This document shows positions 9,457-18,946 of a stretch of DNA of 64,000 bases, piece after piece; position 1 is the first letter of the stretch; every line of letters starts with the position of its first letter. This DNA is from Blastomonas sp. (GTDB lineage: Bacteria > Pseudomonadota > Alphaproteobacteria > Sphingomonadales > Sphingomonadaceae): contig JBKBTF010000009.1 of the NCBI GenBank assembly GCA_046291395.1, forward strand, positions 3,234-67,233, given 5' to 3'. A program made the translations under genes and the position numbers. A model generated the notes under the pieces. That model saw nothing but the letters and a program-made list of their open reading frames with translations. It had not been told where the DNA came from and did not search any database.

Positions 9457-9481
9457 CTGGTTCCTCTGCGCCATAATGCCG
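9457..9481 (-). repeat. Right terminal inverted repeat
   Basis: CTGGTTCCTCTGCGCCATAATGCCG, reverse complement of the left end. Confidence 0.93.
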
Positions 9482-9489
9482 CATTTCCA
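9482..9489 (+). repeat. Right 8-bp target site duplication CATTTCCA
   Basis: Identical to 6297-6304. Confidence 0.93.
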
Positions 9490-9555
9490 TCCACCGCAGC
9501 CAGAATGGCCAACCGGGTCGCCCGGCATTTTCGCGCGTCGGCGTCTGGCGCGGGG

Positions 9556-10539
9556 TCAGATCAGACCGGCGGTATAGGCGGTGTAGGCGGCATAGGACGC
9601 CACCAGCGTGAAGCCTTCGCGCCGGCTGAGCCGCCCGCCAGACAGGGCGAAGATCATCATCAGCAAGGACGCGGCGATCAGCAGCCACAGGTCGAACGCC
9701 AGAATGCTGGCAGGGACCTGCGTCGGCGACACCGCGCCGGTGATGCCGCCGATGAACAATATGTTGTATATGTTGGACCCGAGCACATTGCCCAAGGCGA
9801 TGTCCCCCTGCCGGCGATAGGCCGCGACGGCAGAGGTGACCAGCTCGGGAAAGGACGTGCCTACCGCGACAACGGTCAGGCCGATCACGGCGTCGCTGAC
9901 GCCCAGGTCTTCGGCGATAGTGATGGCGCCATCGACCAGGACAATGCCTCCGCCGACGATCAGCGCCAGCCCGACGACGAACAATGCGATGGCGACAGCC
10001 AGGCTTCCGGTTGGCCGCGAATGCGGGATCAGTCCGGGATCGACGCCTTCCATGGCCACCGCGCGGTCGAAGGCCGCGCCATGGACCGCGCCCTGCCGCT
10101 CCTGCCGATAGGCGTTGTAGATATAGGCCACCATCGCGACCAGAAAGGCGATCCCGACCATGCGCGAAAGCCCGACGGTTGATCCTGCCGCCAGCAGCAG
10201 GACCACCACTGCCACGCCGACCCCGCCATCGCGCCACAAGGTGCGCCTCTCCACGGCAATCGGCGCGATCAGCGCTGCCGCGCCCAGGATCAGCAGGATG
10301 TTGGCAAGGTTCGATCCCACGATGTTGCCGATCGCGATTCCCGGCGCGCCGGCGAGGCTGGCCTGCACGCTCGCGGCCAATTCGGGCATCGAGGTGCCCA
10401 TGCCCACCACGGTAAGCCCGATCAGCATCGGCGAGAGCTTGAGCCGCTCGGCGATGCGGACGGCACCGCGCACCAGCAGATCTCCGCCCGCGATCAGCAG
10501 AACCAGTCCGAGCCCCAGGGCCAATGCATTGGTCAACAT
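9556..10539 (-). CDS. Calcium/sodium antiporter (YrbG/CaCA family)
   Basis: Two alpha repeats GTSMPEL…GNIVGSNLAN and GTSFPEL…GNVLGSNIYN. Confidence 0.93.
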   Translation of the reverse strand: MLTNALALGLGLVLLIAGGDLLVRGAVRIAERLKLSPMLIGLTVVGMGTSMPELAASVQASLAGAPGIAIGNIVGSNLANILLILGAAALIAPIAVERRTLWRDGGVGVAVVVLLLAAGSTVGLSRMVGIAFLVAMVAYIYNAYRQERQGAVHGAAFDRAVAMEGVDPGLIPHSRPTGSLAVAIALFVVGLALIVGGGIVLVDGAITIAEDLGVSDAVIGLTVVAVGTSFPELVTSAVAAYRRQGDIALGNVLGSNIYNILFIGGITGAVSPTQVPASILAFDLWLLIAASLLMMIFALSGGRLSRREGFTLVASYAAYTAYTAGLI

Positions 10540-10641
10540 GGAAAAGCGTGAACTCCGGGGCCGCAGATAGAGCGCGCGAGTCTATGGATGCAGGCAGCTG
10601 ATGTCACCGAAAAAACGTCTGCCAAGGGCCACCTTGGTGCG

Positions 10642-12477
10642 TCAGGACGGCCCGGGGGACGATTGCAGCGCCGCAAGCGCGGGGTTGGTCGCGACCTCGT
10701 CGGCGACATAACGCGCGGCCGCTTCGGCCTGCTTTCGGCCGAGGTGCCAGTCGAGAATCTGCATGCCCTGCACGATCGGGGGGCTGAGCAGGATGTCGCC
10801 TTCGCGCAGCATTGATCGCGAGGCGATGCGGCTGGCGACCACCATCGAACGCTGCATGATCTCGACGATCGAGGGGAAATCGCTGTCCGACTTGCGGCGC
10901 AGCAACAGGTCGCGGATCAGCTGGCCGCGGCGGCGCAGATGCTGATAGGCCGCCTTGATCCGCCAGGTCTGCCCCGCCTCACCCAGGGTGACGACGATAT
11001 TGGGACCGGACTTGAGCGCGCGCATCGTCACGACGGGCACATTGTCGAGCACCCCGCCATCGACCAGGATGTTGCCGTCATCATCGATGAACGGCGGCAG
11101 GATCGTCGGCAGCGAGCCCGAGGCGCGCACCGCGTGCCACAGCGGCCCGCGCCGGTGGACGTGCAGGTCGTTGGTCGACAGGTTGGTCGAGATCGCGAAG
11201 AAATTGAGCGGCTGGTCGGCGATGTCGGTGGCGCCATAGCGCGCCTCGAGCTCGGTATCGAACACCGCCGGGTCGAGCAGCGAGTGGATCGGCACGGTGA
11301 AGCGCCGCATCGCCCTGGCGTCGATGAACATCGCCTCCATCTGGTCGAGCGTCTGCGGCACATTGAGCCCCTGCGCGATCGCCGCCCCCATTGCCGCGCC
11401 CGCGCTGGTGCCACCGATCAGATCGATCGGCACGCCTGATTCCTGCAGTCCGCGCACGATGCCCAGATGCGCGCAGCCCAGCGCACCGCCGCCCGCCAGC
11501 ACCAGCCCTACCGCCCGCCCGGTGAGGAACCGCGCGACGCGCTGGAAATCGGCATCGGAATCGCGCGCGATATGGTGGTGCAGATGGGGATCGCGCCCTG
11601 CGAGCCAGGCTGCGGTCCCTGCGATCGGCTGCTCGGAGCGGTCGCGCACCACCAGCAGGGTGCGGTTGGACGGCTCGATGGCAGCGCATCCGGCCATCTC
11701 CAGCGGTGTCAGCGCCGGGCTGGCGCCGGACTGCGCGACCATCAGCAGACCATCGGCATTGCGGCACACCAAAGCGCCCCATTCGGGATCGCCGCCGGCA
11801 TCGATCAGCAGATAGCCGCGCCGCGATTCCTGCTCGCGCAGCCAGGCCTGATAGGCGCTGGCAGGGCCCGGCGGCACATCGCTTTCGCGCACCAGCATCA
11901 CCTGGCGGTCATCAGGAATGGTGCGGCGGATGGTGTCGGTCAGCCGGACGAGCAAGCCAGGGTCGATGCGGCTGCCACCGGAGGGCACCACCGCGATGAC
12001 GCGCGGCAGTCGCGCTTCCATCGGCGGGGTCTTGGCGGTCACCGCGGCCAGCCTCTGGGTCACCGCGGTCAGGATGGCGGGAACCAGTTGCGGATAGGCG
12101 GTCACCACAGCGTCATAACAATCGCGGTCCAGCGCCATCACCACGCTGTCGCGGCTGGCCTGCAGTGTCGCGGTGCGGGTGCCGCCGCCGAAGAACGCCA
12201 GTTCGCCCACCGGCTCGCCCGCCTCGATCTGGGCGACCGCCTTGCTGCCCATCGGGGTTTCGATGAGCACCCTCAAGCGGCCGGTTTCCAGAAAATAGAG
12301 CGTATCGGCAGCATCGCCCTGCTTCACCAGCGTGGCCCCCGCGGGAACCTCGACCCGGTGCGCGCGCTGGCTCAGCGCGTCGATCGCGGCCTGGTCGACA
12401 TTGGCGAACAGCCCCGACTGCATCCAGTCGCGCAGCGTTCCGTCCGCATCATGCTCACCCGACTGCCCCGTTGCCAT
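10642..12477 (-). CDS. cNMP-binding domain plus patatin-like phospholipase (NTE/RssA type)
   Basis: cNMP domain (GELAFFGGGTRTATL); patatin motifs GGGALG, GTSAG, DGG. Confidence 0.9.
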   Translation of the reverse strand: MATGQSGEHDADGTLRDWMQSGLFANVDQAAIDALSQRAHRVEVPAGATLVKQGDAADTLYFLETGRLRVLIETPMGSKAVAQIEAGEPVGELAFFGGGTRTATLQASRDSVVMALDRDCYDAVVTAYPQLVPAILTAVTQRLAAVTAKTPPMEARLPRVIAVVPSGGSRIDPGLLVRLTDTIRRTIPDDRQVMLVRESDVPPGPASAYQAWLREQESRRGYLLIDAGGDPEWGALVCRNADGLLMVAQSGASPALTPLEMAGCAAIEPSNRTLLVVRDRSEQPIAGTAAWLAGRDPHLHHHIARDSDADFQRVARFLTGRAVGLVLAGGGALGCAHLGIVRGLQESGVPIDLIGGTSAGAAMGAAIAQGLNVPQTLDQMEAMFIDARAMRRFTVPIHSLLDPAVFDTELEARYGATDIADQPLNFFAISTNLSTNDLHVHRRGPLWHAVRASGSLPTILPPFIDDDGNILVDGGVLDNVPVVTMRALKSGPNIVVTLGEAGQTWRIKAAYQHLRRRGQLIRDLLLRRKSDSDFPSIVEIMQRSMVVASRIASRSMLREGDILLSPPIVQGMQILDWHLGRKQAEAAARYVADEVATNPALAALQSSPGPS

Positions 12478-12716
12478 TCATGTCGCTCCATCGGTTCTGC
12501 GCACCGGGTCTAGCAAAAAGCAAAGCCCGTCGACAGGCCCCTTGGCCTATGCGACCAGCCGAGCAACCCTTTGCCGGTTCATCCCTTGGTGCAATGCTGG
12601 CCGGGCCACCCCCCAAACCGCCTCTCGGTCCGGTCAGCAGCCCCGACAACGATACCACGGCAAACCGGAAGGTAGCGGATGGGGCATGAGGCGGACAGTC
12701 AGAAGGAGCATTTCTC

Positions 12717-13091
12717 ATGAACATGCAGACATCCACGCTCGACAGCGCCAGCGATACGATCTCCAGCGACCGGGTCGACGGCACCGCAGTCTATGGCAGC
12801 GACCGCGAAAAGATCGGTTCGGTGACCAACATGCTGATCGCCAAGCGCGAAGGCAAGGTGACCGACGTCATCGTATCGGTCGGCGGCTTTCTCGGCATCG
12901 GCAGCGAACTGCACAGCCTTCCCTGGTCCAAGTTCAGCTATGACACCGAGCTCGGCGGCTATGTCGTCAACGTGACGGCCGATCAGCTGAAGAATGCACC
13001 GAGCTTCTCGGATTCGGACCGCGACCGCGCGATGAACCGCGAATATCAGTCGAGCGTCTATGATTACTGGGCAGTCAAACCCTATTGGTGA
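12717..13091 (+). CDS. PRC-barrel domain protein
   Basis: ISSDRVDGTAVYGSDREKIG…VGGFLGIG…LPW; RBS AAGGAG. Confidence 0.9.
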   Translation: MNMQTSTLDSASDTISSDRVDGTAVYGSDREKIGSVTNMLIAKREGKVTDVIVSVGGFLGIGSELHSLPWSKFSYDTELGGYVVNVTADQLKNAPSFSDSDRDRAMNREYQSSVYDYWAVKPYW

Positions 13092-13136
13092 TCGGCCGGT
13101 CGACTATAAACGTCGATCGACGACAACAGTCCAAAA

Positions 13137-13168
13137 CCGGGCCGGGGAGCGAGAGCTTTCCGGCCCGG
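13137..13168. terminator. GC-rich hairpin (terminator-like)
   Basis: CCGGGCCGGGGAGC-GAGA-GCTTTCCGGCCCGG, preceded by AAAA. Confidence 0.55.
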
Positions 13169-13280
13169 CGTCGTTCGGGCGATCGAGCAGATGCCATGCA
13201 AAGCGCTTGCATCCGCGGCCCGGCTGGTTCTAAGCGGCGCAGCGCCGTGCGGCGCATGGTTTGCGAGGCTTTTTCGTTCG

Positions 13281-13862
13281 ATGCTCAAACGGCTTTACCA
13301 CTGGACGCTCGCCAAGGCGGCGCATGAAAAGGCGCCCCACTGGCTTGCGGCGATCAGCTTCATCGAATCGAGCTTCTTCCCGATCCCGCCCGATGTGATG
13401 CTGGCGCCGATGTGTCTGGCAAAGCCAGAGCGGGCGTTTCGCTACGCGCTGATCTGCACCATCGCCTCGGTGCTGGGGGCGCTTCTGGGCTATGCCATCG
13501 GCTTTTTCCTGTTCGAGACGATCGGACGGGCGATCCTCGATTTTTACGGGCTTGCAGGGCCGTTCGAGGAGTTCAAGACCAACTTCAACGAACAGGGCTG
13601 GTTGATCGTGCTGCTGGCGGGCTTCACGCCGCTGCCCTTCAAGGTCATCACCATTGCGGCCGGCGCCACTGCGATGCCGCTTTATGTGCTTGTTGCCGCC
13701 TCGGTCGTCGCGCGTTCGGCGCGGTTCTTTCTTGTCGGGGCGCTGCTGTGGAAATTCGGCCAGCCGATGCAGGACTGGATCGACCGGAACTTCGCGATTG
13801 CCACCACCGTGCTTGGCGTGCTGTTCGTCGGCGGGTTTCTGGCGCTGAAATTGCTGTTCTAG
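13281..13862 (+). CDS. YqaA/DedA family membrane protein
   Basis: SFIESSFFPIPPD, GFTPLPFKV, RSARF. Confidence 0.9.
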   Translation: MLKRLYHWTLAKAAHEKAPHWLAAISFIESSFFPIPPDVMLAPMCLAKPERAFRYALICTIASVLGALLGYAIGFFLFETIGRAILDFYGLAGPFEEFKTNFNEQGWLIVLLAGFTPLPFKVITIAAGATAMPLYVLVAASVVARSARFFLVGALLWKFGQPMQDWIDRNFAIATTVLGVLFVGGFLALKLLF

Positions 13863-14308
13863 GCGTCCGCGCCGACGGGTCGCCGGACCATCAGTCCGGC
13901 AAAGCTCGCGCGCAGCGAATCGGCGATCGGGCGCGGGCCGCTCTTGTCGGTGACCACCAACGTGGTGACGCAGGTCGCAACGCACACCCCGCCCTGGAAC
14001 GCGGCCGAGCAGATGTCCCAGCTCGAGGTGCCGATCCGTCCGATGCCGCTCATCACCTCGACCGGATCGGGAAAATGCGCCTCGGCGACATAATCGATTC
14101 CCACCGCGGCGATCAGCCAGCGCTCGCCCGGCTGGCGGCGCTCGAGCCCGAGATTGCGGTTGAACCGCACCCGGCCGTTCTCGAACAACGCCGCCATCGC
14201 GACGTTGTTGATATGGCCGAGCGGGTCAAGATCCTGAAACCGCGTTTCCGTCACCGTGCTGAAGGGATAGCAGGTGGGGTCGCGCTGCCATTGTTCTGTT
14301 CTGGGCAT
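13859..14308 (-). CDS. Acyl-CoA thioesterase (4HBT hotdog fold)
   Basis: RFQDLDPLGHINNV…FENGR, RIGTSS. Confidence 0.9.
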   Translation of the reverse strand: MPRTEQWQRDPTCYPFSTVTETRFQDLDPLGHINNVAMAALFENGRVRFNRNLGLERRQPGERWLIAAVGIDYVAEAHFPDPVEVMSGIGRIGTSSWDICSAAFQGGVCVATCVTTLVVTDKSGPRPIADSLRASFAGLMVRRPVGADA

Positions 14309-14328
14309 GGGAAGGGCTCAGGCGCCGC

Positions 14329-15483
14329 TCAGAGCGAGCGCCCGATCAGCTCCTTCATGATCTCGCTGGTGCCGCCGAAGATGCGCGTGACGCGCGCACC
14401 GCGCCAGGCACGGGCGATGGGATATTCGTTCATGTAACCCGCGCCACCGTGCAGCTGCAGGCACTTGTCCATGATTTCCCACTGCAGTTCGGTGTGCCAC
14501 AATTTGGCGGCAGCGCCCTCGACCGCGGTCAGTTCCTTGGTCGCGTGGCGGTTCAATGCCCAGTCGAGATGCGCCCAGCCGACCTGCAGCTTGGTCTTGA
14601 GGTCGGCGAGCACGAAACGGGTGTTCTGGAAATCGAACACGGTCTTGCCGAACGCCTTGCGGTCCTTCACGAACGCGACGGTATCGTCATAGGCCTTTTG
14701 CGCCGAAGCCTGTGCGGAGACCGCAATCGACAGGCGCTCCTGGGGCAGTTCGCTCATCAGATAGATGAAGCCCTTGCCCTCTTCGCCGAGGCAATTGGTC
14801 ATCGGCACGCGGACATCGTTGAAGAACAGTTCCGACGTATCGGCGGCGTCCTGGCCAATCTTGTCGAGGTTGCGGCCACGCGCGAAACCTTCGCGGTCGG
14901 CCTCGACGAGGATGATCGACACGCCCTTCCACGCGGGCTGAACCTCGGTATCGGTCTTGGCGCAGACCAGGATCAGGTCGGCATTCTGGCCGTTGGTGAT
15001 ATAGGTCTTCGAGCCATTGATGACATAGTGGTTGCCATCCTTCTTCGCGGTGGTGCGGATGCCCTGAAGGTCGGAGCCGGTGCCCGGTTCGGTCATCGCG
15101 ATCGCGGTGATCGTCTCGCCCGAGACGAGGCGCGGCAGCCACTTCTGCTTCTGCTCTTCCGAGCCATACTGCACCAGATAGTTGACCACGATGTCCGACT
15201 GCAGCGAGAAGCCGAGCGGCGATCCGCCGAAATAGGCCGCTTCCTCGTTGACGATGGCGTTGTAGCCGAAGTCGAGGCCCAGGCCGCCATATTCTTCCGG
15301 AACGGTCGGGCACAGCATGCCGAGCTCGCCTGCCTTGGGCCAGATTTCACGTGGAACAATCTTGTCCTCGTCCCATTTCACCGCATTGGGCGCGACCTCT
15401 TCCTGCATGAAGCGGCGGACGGTCTGGCGGAACGCCTCATGATCGGCGTTATAGGCGGTGCGGGCAAGGGCATCGAGCGACAT
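14329..15483 (-). CDS. Acyl-CoA dehydrogenase (long-chain type)
   Basis: IAMTEPGTGSDL, NGSKTYITNG, RKAFG, QLHGGAGY, RIFGGTSEIM; RBS GGAG. Confidence 0.95.
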   Translation of the reverse strand: MSLDALARTAYNADHEAFRQTVRRFMQEEVAPNAVKWDEDKIVPREIWPKAGELGMLCPTVPEEYGGLGLDFGYNAIVNEEAAYFGGSPLGFSLQSDIVVNYLVQYGSEEQKQKWLPRLVSGETITAIAMTEPGTGSDLQGIRTTAKKDGNHYVINGSKTYITNGQNADLILVCAKTDTEVQPAWKGVSIILVEADREGFARGRNLDKIGQDAADTSELFFNDVRVPMTNCLGEEGKGFIYLMSELPQERLSIAVSAQASAQKAYDDTVAFVKDRKAFGKTVFDFQNTRFVLADLKTKLQVGWAHLDWALNRHATKELTAVEGAAAKLWHTELQWEIMDKCLQLHGGAGYMNEYPIARAWRGARVTRIFGGTSEIMKELIGRSL

Positions 15484-15552
15484 GAGCATCTCTCCGGTAA
15501 AAGCTGGCGCGCGATTCATGCCGCGCGGCACGTCGTTCGGTCTAGCGCCGCG

Positions 15553-15568
15553 TTTACGTGAGCGTCAA
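15553..15568. promoter_or_regulatory. LiuR-like operator overlapping the -35 of the acyl-CoA dehydrogenase promoter
   Basis: TTTACGTGAGCGTCAA (minus strand TTGACGCTCACGTAAA). A second imperfect palindrome TTAATCGCTTGGTTAA lies at 15576-15591. Confidence 0.6.
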
Positions 15569-15603
15569 CCGCTATTTAATCGCTTGGTTAACTTGGGGCG
15601 CGG

Positions 15604-16383
15604 TCAGCCCTGGCCGCGGCCCCGCGCCATCACCGCCAGCCGGGCCTGCTCGACCGCTTCCGGCGCTATCTTGGTATTCGCAGCGGTCGATCGCTCGGCC
15701 TCCAGCGCCAGCGCGTCGTGAAGGGGCAAGCCGTAGCCGTCGTCGATCAGCGCCTTGTAGGCCGCCGCCCTCGCAGGATCGATGCTGGCCATGTCGCGCG
15801 CTAGGGCGATCGCAGCAGGCAGCAGTTGGTCGGGTTCGACCACCCGGTTGACCAGCCCCCAAAGCTCGGCGGTGGCGGCATCGAGAAAATTCCCGGTCAG
15901 CGACAGCTCCTTGGCGCGCGCGATGCCGATCATGCGGGAAAGTTTCTGCGACAGGCCCCAGCCGGGCATGATCCCGACCCGCGCATGGGTGTCGGCAAAG
16001 CGCGCATTGGTCGAGGCGATCAGCACGTCGCAGGCGAGCGCCAGTTCGAACCCGCCGGTGATCGCGACGCCGTTGATCGCGCCGATGACAGGCTTGGCGC
16101 ATTGCTCGACCGCCTTGACCGGATTGTCGCGCGGGTCGGTGGCGTTGGCGGCGGCCAGCCCATGCGGGCTTGCGCCGAGTTCCTTGAGATCGAGCCCGGC
16201 GGTGAAGGCGCGGGTTCCCGCTCCGGTCAGCACCACTGCGCGCACCGCATCGTCCCGAGCGACTGCGAGCATCGCTGCGGCGAGTTCGGTGCGCAGCGCT
16301 GCGGACAGCGCGTTCATCGCCTCAGGCCGGTTCAGGGTGACGACCGCAACGCCATCGGTGATGTCCGTGAGTATCAGCGGCAT
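15604..16383 (-). CDS. Enoyl-CoA hydratase/isomerase
   Basis: TLNRPEAMNAL, AFTAGLDL, KPVIGAINGVAITGGFELALACD; RBS GAGGAG. Confidence 0.93.
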   Translation of the reverse strand: MPLILTDITDGVAVVTLNRPEAMNALSAALRTELAAAMLAVARDDAVRAVVLTGAGTRAFTAGLDLKELGASPHGLAAANATDPRDNPVKAVEQCAKPVIGAINGVAITGGFELALACDVLIASTNARFADTHARVGIMPGWGLSQKLSRMIGIARAKELSLTGNFLDAATAELWGLVNRVVEPDQLLPAAIALARDMASIDPARAAAYKALIDDGYGLPLHDALALEAERSTAANTKIAPEAVEQARLAVMARGRGQG

Positions 16384-16644
16384 GTCGGCTCCTCGTGCAG
16401 CACATGCATCAAGGCTATCGGTCGCCGTCATGCCCGGCAAGGCTTTCGCACCGACCCGCATCGCCCGGCCTTTCGGTCTGACGATGCTGCGCAACATAAA
16501 ACGGCGCAAATGCTTGCCCAAGACCCTACGGCAAGGCTATGGATCGGACCGGGGCGTCTTCAACCAACCAGGCCGGAAGCCGGCATGAAGATAACGGAAA
16601 CCATCAGCGGCCATAGCGATGCGCCGCCAGCTAAGGGCCTGTCG

Positions 16645-18909
16645 ATGACCGAGAAGAGCAACGTCCAGTTCACCGAGCGCGAGGCGCTGCACTTTCATTC
16701 GTCGGGTCGCCCGGGCAAGATCGAGATCATCGCCTCCAAGCCGATGGCGACGCAGCGCGACCTCAGCCTCGCTTATTCACCGGGCGTTGCGGTGCCAGTA
16801 CGCGCGATCGCGGAAGATCCGGCCACGGCCTATGATTACACCGCCAAGGGCAATCTGGTCGCGGTGATCTCCAATGGCACCGCGATCCTGGGCCTCGGCA
16901 ATCTGGGCGCGCTCGCCTCCAAGCCGGTGATGGAAGGCAAGGCGGTGCTGTTCAAGCGGTTCGCCGATGTCGACTCGATCGATATCGAGGTGAACACCGA
17001 GGACGTCCAGCGCTTCATCGAATGCGTCGAACTGCTCGAGCCGACCTTCGGCGGAATCAACCTCGAGGATATCGGCGCGCCCGCCTGCTTCATCATCGAA
17101 CAGGCGCTGAAGGAGCGGATGAACATTCCGGTCATGCACGATGACCAGCATGGCACCGCGATCATCTCGGCCGCCGGGCTGCTCAATGCCTGTTACCTCA
17201 CCGGTCGCGATTTCGCCGATGTGAAGATGGTGGTGAACGGCGCCGGTGCCGCCGCGATCGCCTGCACCGAGCTGATCAAGGCGATGGGCGTGCGCCACGA
17301 CAATGTGCTGATGTGCGACCGTTCCGGCGTGATCTATCAGGGCCGCGACGATCTAGACCAGTGGAAGTCGGCGCACGCCGCCAAGACCGACCGCCGCACG
17401 CTCGAAGAAGCGCTCGACGGTGCGGACATCTTCCTGGGACTGTCGGCAGCAGGCGCGCTCAAGCCTGAGATGGTGATGAAGATGGCACCGCAACCGATCA
17501 TCTTCGCAATGGCCAATCCCGATCCCGAAATCACCCCTCCCGATGCCAAGGCGGCGCGCCCCGATGCGATCATCGCCACCGGCCGGTCGGATTATCCCAA
17601 CCAGGTCAACAACGTGCTCGGCTTCCCGTTCATCTTCCGCGGCGCGCTCGACGTGCGCGCGACCGCGATCAACGAGGAAATGAAGATCGCCGCGGCCAAG
17701 GCGATCGCCGAGCTGGCGCGCGAGCAGGTGCCCGAGGAGGTCGCTGCAGCCTATGGCGGCGCGACCCAGAAATTCGGCGTCGATTACATCATCCCCGCGC
17801 CCTTCGATCCTCGGCTGATGGAGCGGGTTTCGGCAGCGGTGGCACAGGCGGCGATGGACACCGGCGTCGCGCAGAAGCCGATCGAGGACATGGCGGCCTA
17901 TCGCCACTCGCTCAAGAGCCGGCTCAATCCCACAACCGCGGTGCTGACCCAGGTCTACAGCGATGCCCGGGCCAACCCCAAGCGGGTGGTGTTCGCCGAA
18001 GCCGAGGAGGAGGTGGTGCTGCGCGCCGCGATCCAGTTCCGTGACGGTGGCTATGGCACGCCGGTGCTGGTCGGGCGCGAACACCGGGTGCGCGAAAAGC
18101 TGAAGGAACTCGCGGTCGACGATCCGATGGCGTTCGAGGTCCACAATTCGGTCAATTCGCCCCTGGTCCCCAAGATGGTCGAGGTGCTGTACGAACGGCT
18201 GCAGCGGCGCGGGTATCTCAAGCGCGACGTCAAGCGCATGGTCAACCAGGACCGCAACATCTTCGGTTCGGCGCTGCTCCATCTGGGCGAGGCGGATGCG
18301 ATGCTCACCGGCATCACCCGCACCTTTGGCCAGTCGATGCGAGAAATCCGCCGCGTTCTCGATCCCAAGCCGGGCGAAACACCGTTTGGCATTCATGTCA
18401 TGGTCGGCAAGAGCCACACCGTGTTCCTGGCCGATACCACGGTGAACGAGCGCCCCACCGCCGAGGAGCTGGCGTTCATCGCCGAGCAGACCGCGCACGT
18501 CGCCAAACGGCTGGGGCACGATCCACGGGTTGCGTTCCTGTCCTACTCCAACTTCGGCAACCCGTCCGGACGCTGGCTCGACAACATCCGCGATGCCGTC
18601 TCGATCCTCGACCAGAAGGGCGCGACCTTCGAATATGAAGGCGAGATGTCGCCCGATGTCGCACTCAATCCCAAACTGATGGCCAATTATCCGTTCTGCC
18701 GCCTGTCGGCGCCGGCCAATGTGCTGATCATGCCCGGGCTGCAATCGGCCAATCTTTCGGCCAAGCTGCTGCGCGAGCTGGGTGGCGATGCGATGATCGG
18801 GCCGATGCTGATCGGCATGGAAAAGCCGGTGCAGATTGCCGCGATGTCGGCGACCGCAGGCGACCTGCTCACTTTGGCGCTGCTGGCATCGTCGGGCGTG
18901 GTGGGCTGA
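16645..18909 (+). CDS. maeB: NADP-dependent malic enzyme with phosphotransacetylase-like domain
   Basis: [43 protein letters not shown]; C-terminal PTA domain. Confidence 0.95.
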   Translation: MTEKSNVQFTEREALHFHSSGRPGKIEIIASKPMATQRDLSLAYSPGVAVPVRAIAEDPATAYDYTAKGNLVAVISNGTAILGLGNLGALASKPVMEGKAVLFKRFADVDSIDIEVNTEDVQRFIECVELLEPTFGGINLEDIGAPACFIIEQALKERMNIPVMHDDQHGTAIISAAGLLNACYLTGRDFADVKMVVNGAGAAAIACTELIKAMGVRHDNVLMCDRSGVIYQGRDDLDQWKSAHAAKTDRRTLEEALDGADIFLGLSAAGALKPEMVMKMAPQPIIFAMANPDPEITPPDAKAARPDAIIATGRSDYPNQVNNVLGFPFIFRGALDVRATAINEEMKIAAAKAIAELAREQVPEEVAAAYGGATQKFGVDYIIPAPFDPRLMERVSAAVAQAAMDTGVAQKPIEDMAAYRHSLKSRLNPTTAVLTQVYSDARANPKRVVFAEAEEEVVLRAAIQFRDGGYGTPVLVGREHRVREKLKELAVDDPMAFEVHNSVNSPLVPKMVEVLYERLQRRGYLKRDVKRMVNQDRNIFGSALLHLGEADAMLTGITRTFGQSMREIRRVLDPKPGETPFGIHVMVGKSHTVFLADTTVNERPTAEELAFIAEQTAHVAKRLGHDPRVAFLSYSNFGNPSGRWLDNIRDAVSILDQKGATFEYEGEMSPDVALNPKLMANYPFCRLSAPANVLIMPGLQSANLSAKLLRELGGDAMIGPMLIGMEKPVQIAAMSATAGDLLTLALLASSGVVG

Positions 18910-18914
18910 TCGAC

Positions 18915-18946
18915 AATCTCCCCTCCCGCCTGCGGGAGGGGAGATT
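18915..18946. repeat. 15-bp perfect inverted repeat (REP-like hairpin/terminator)
   Basis: AATCTCCCCTCCCGC-CT-GCGGGAGGGGAGATT between convergent genes. Confidence 0.75.

Larger units (their letters stand above)
6305..9481. mobile_element. IS1595-family transposon with passenger genes (ISNha5-like ends)
   Basis: Terminal inverted repeats CGGCATTATGGCGCAGAGGAAC (6305-6326 / 9460-9481, 22/22), 8-bp direct repeat, IS1595 transposase inside, visibly more AT-rich than the flanks. Confidence 0.93.

Noticed and set aside
6225-9489. Integrase-type genomic island at the tRNA
   Set aside because: No integrase and no long duplicated tRNA 3' end; inverted repeats plus an 8-bp duplication fit DDE transposition.
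10642-12477. cNMP-patatin as a CBASS/Pycsar-like defence effector
   Set aside because: The architecture is the common NTE/RssA type, and no cyclase or other defence gene is adjacent.
12655-12680. Resemblance to SRP RNA (CCGGAAGG) or a c-di-GMP-I riboswitch (GGCAAACC)
   Set aside because: Lacks the SRP CAGG…GGAAGGAAGCAG symmetric loop and the GACGCAAAGC second stem of c-di-GMP-I.
15576-15592. CtrA box
   Set aside because: The spacer between the TTAA half-sites is 8 nt, not 7.
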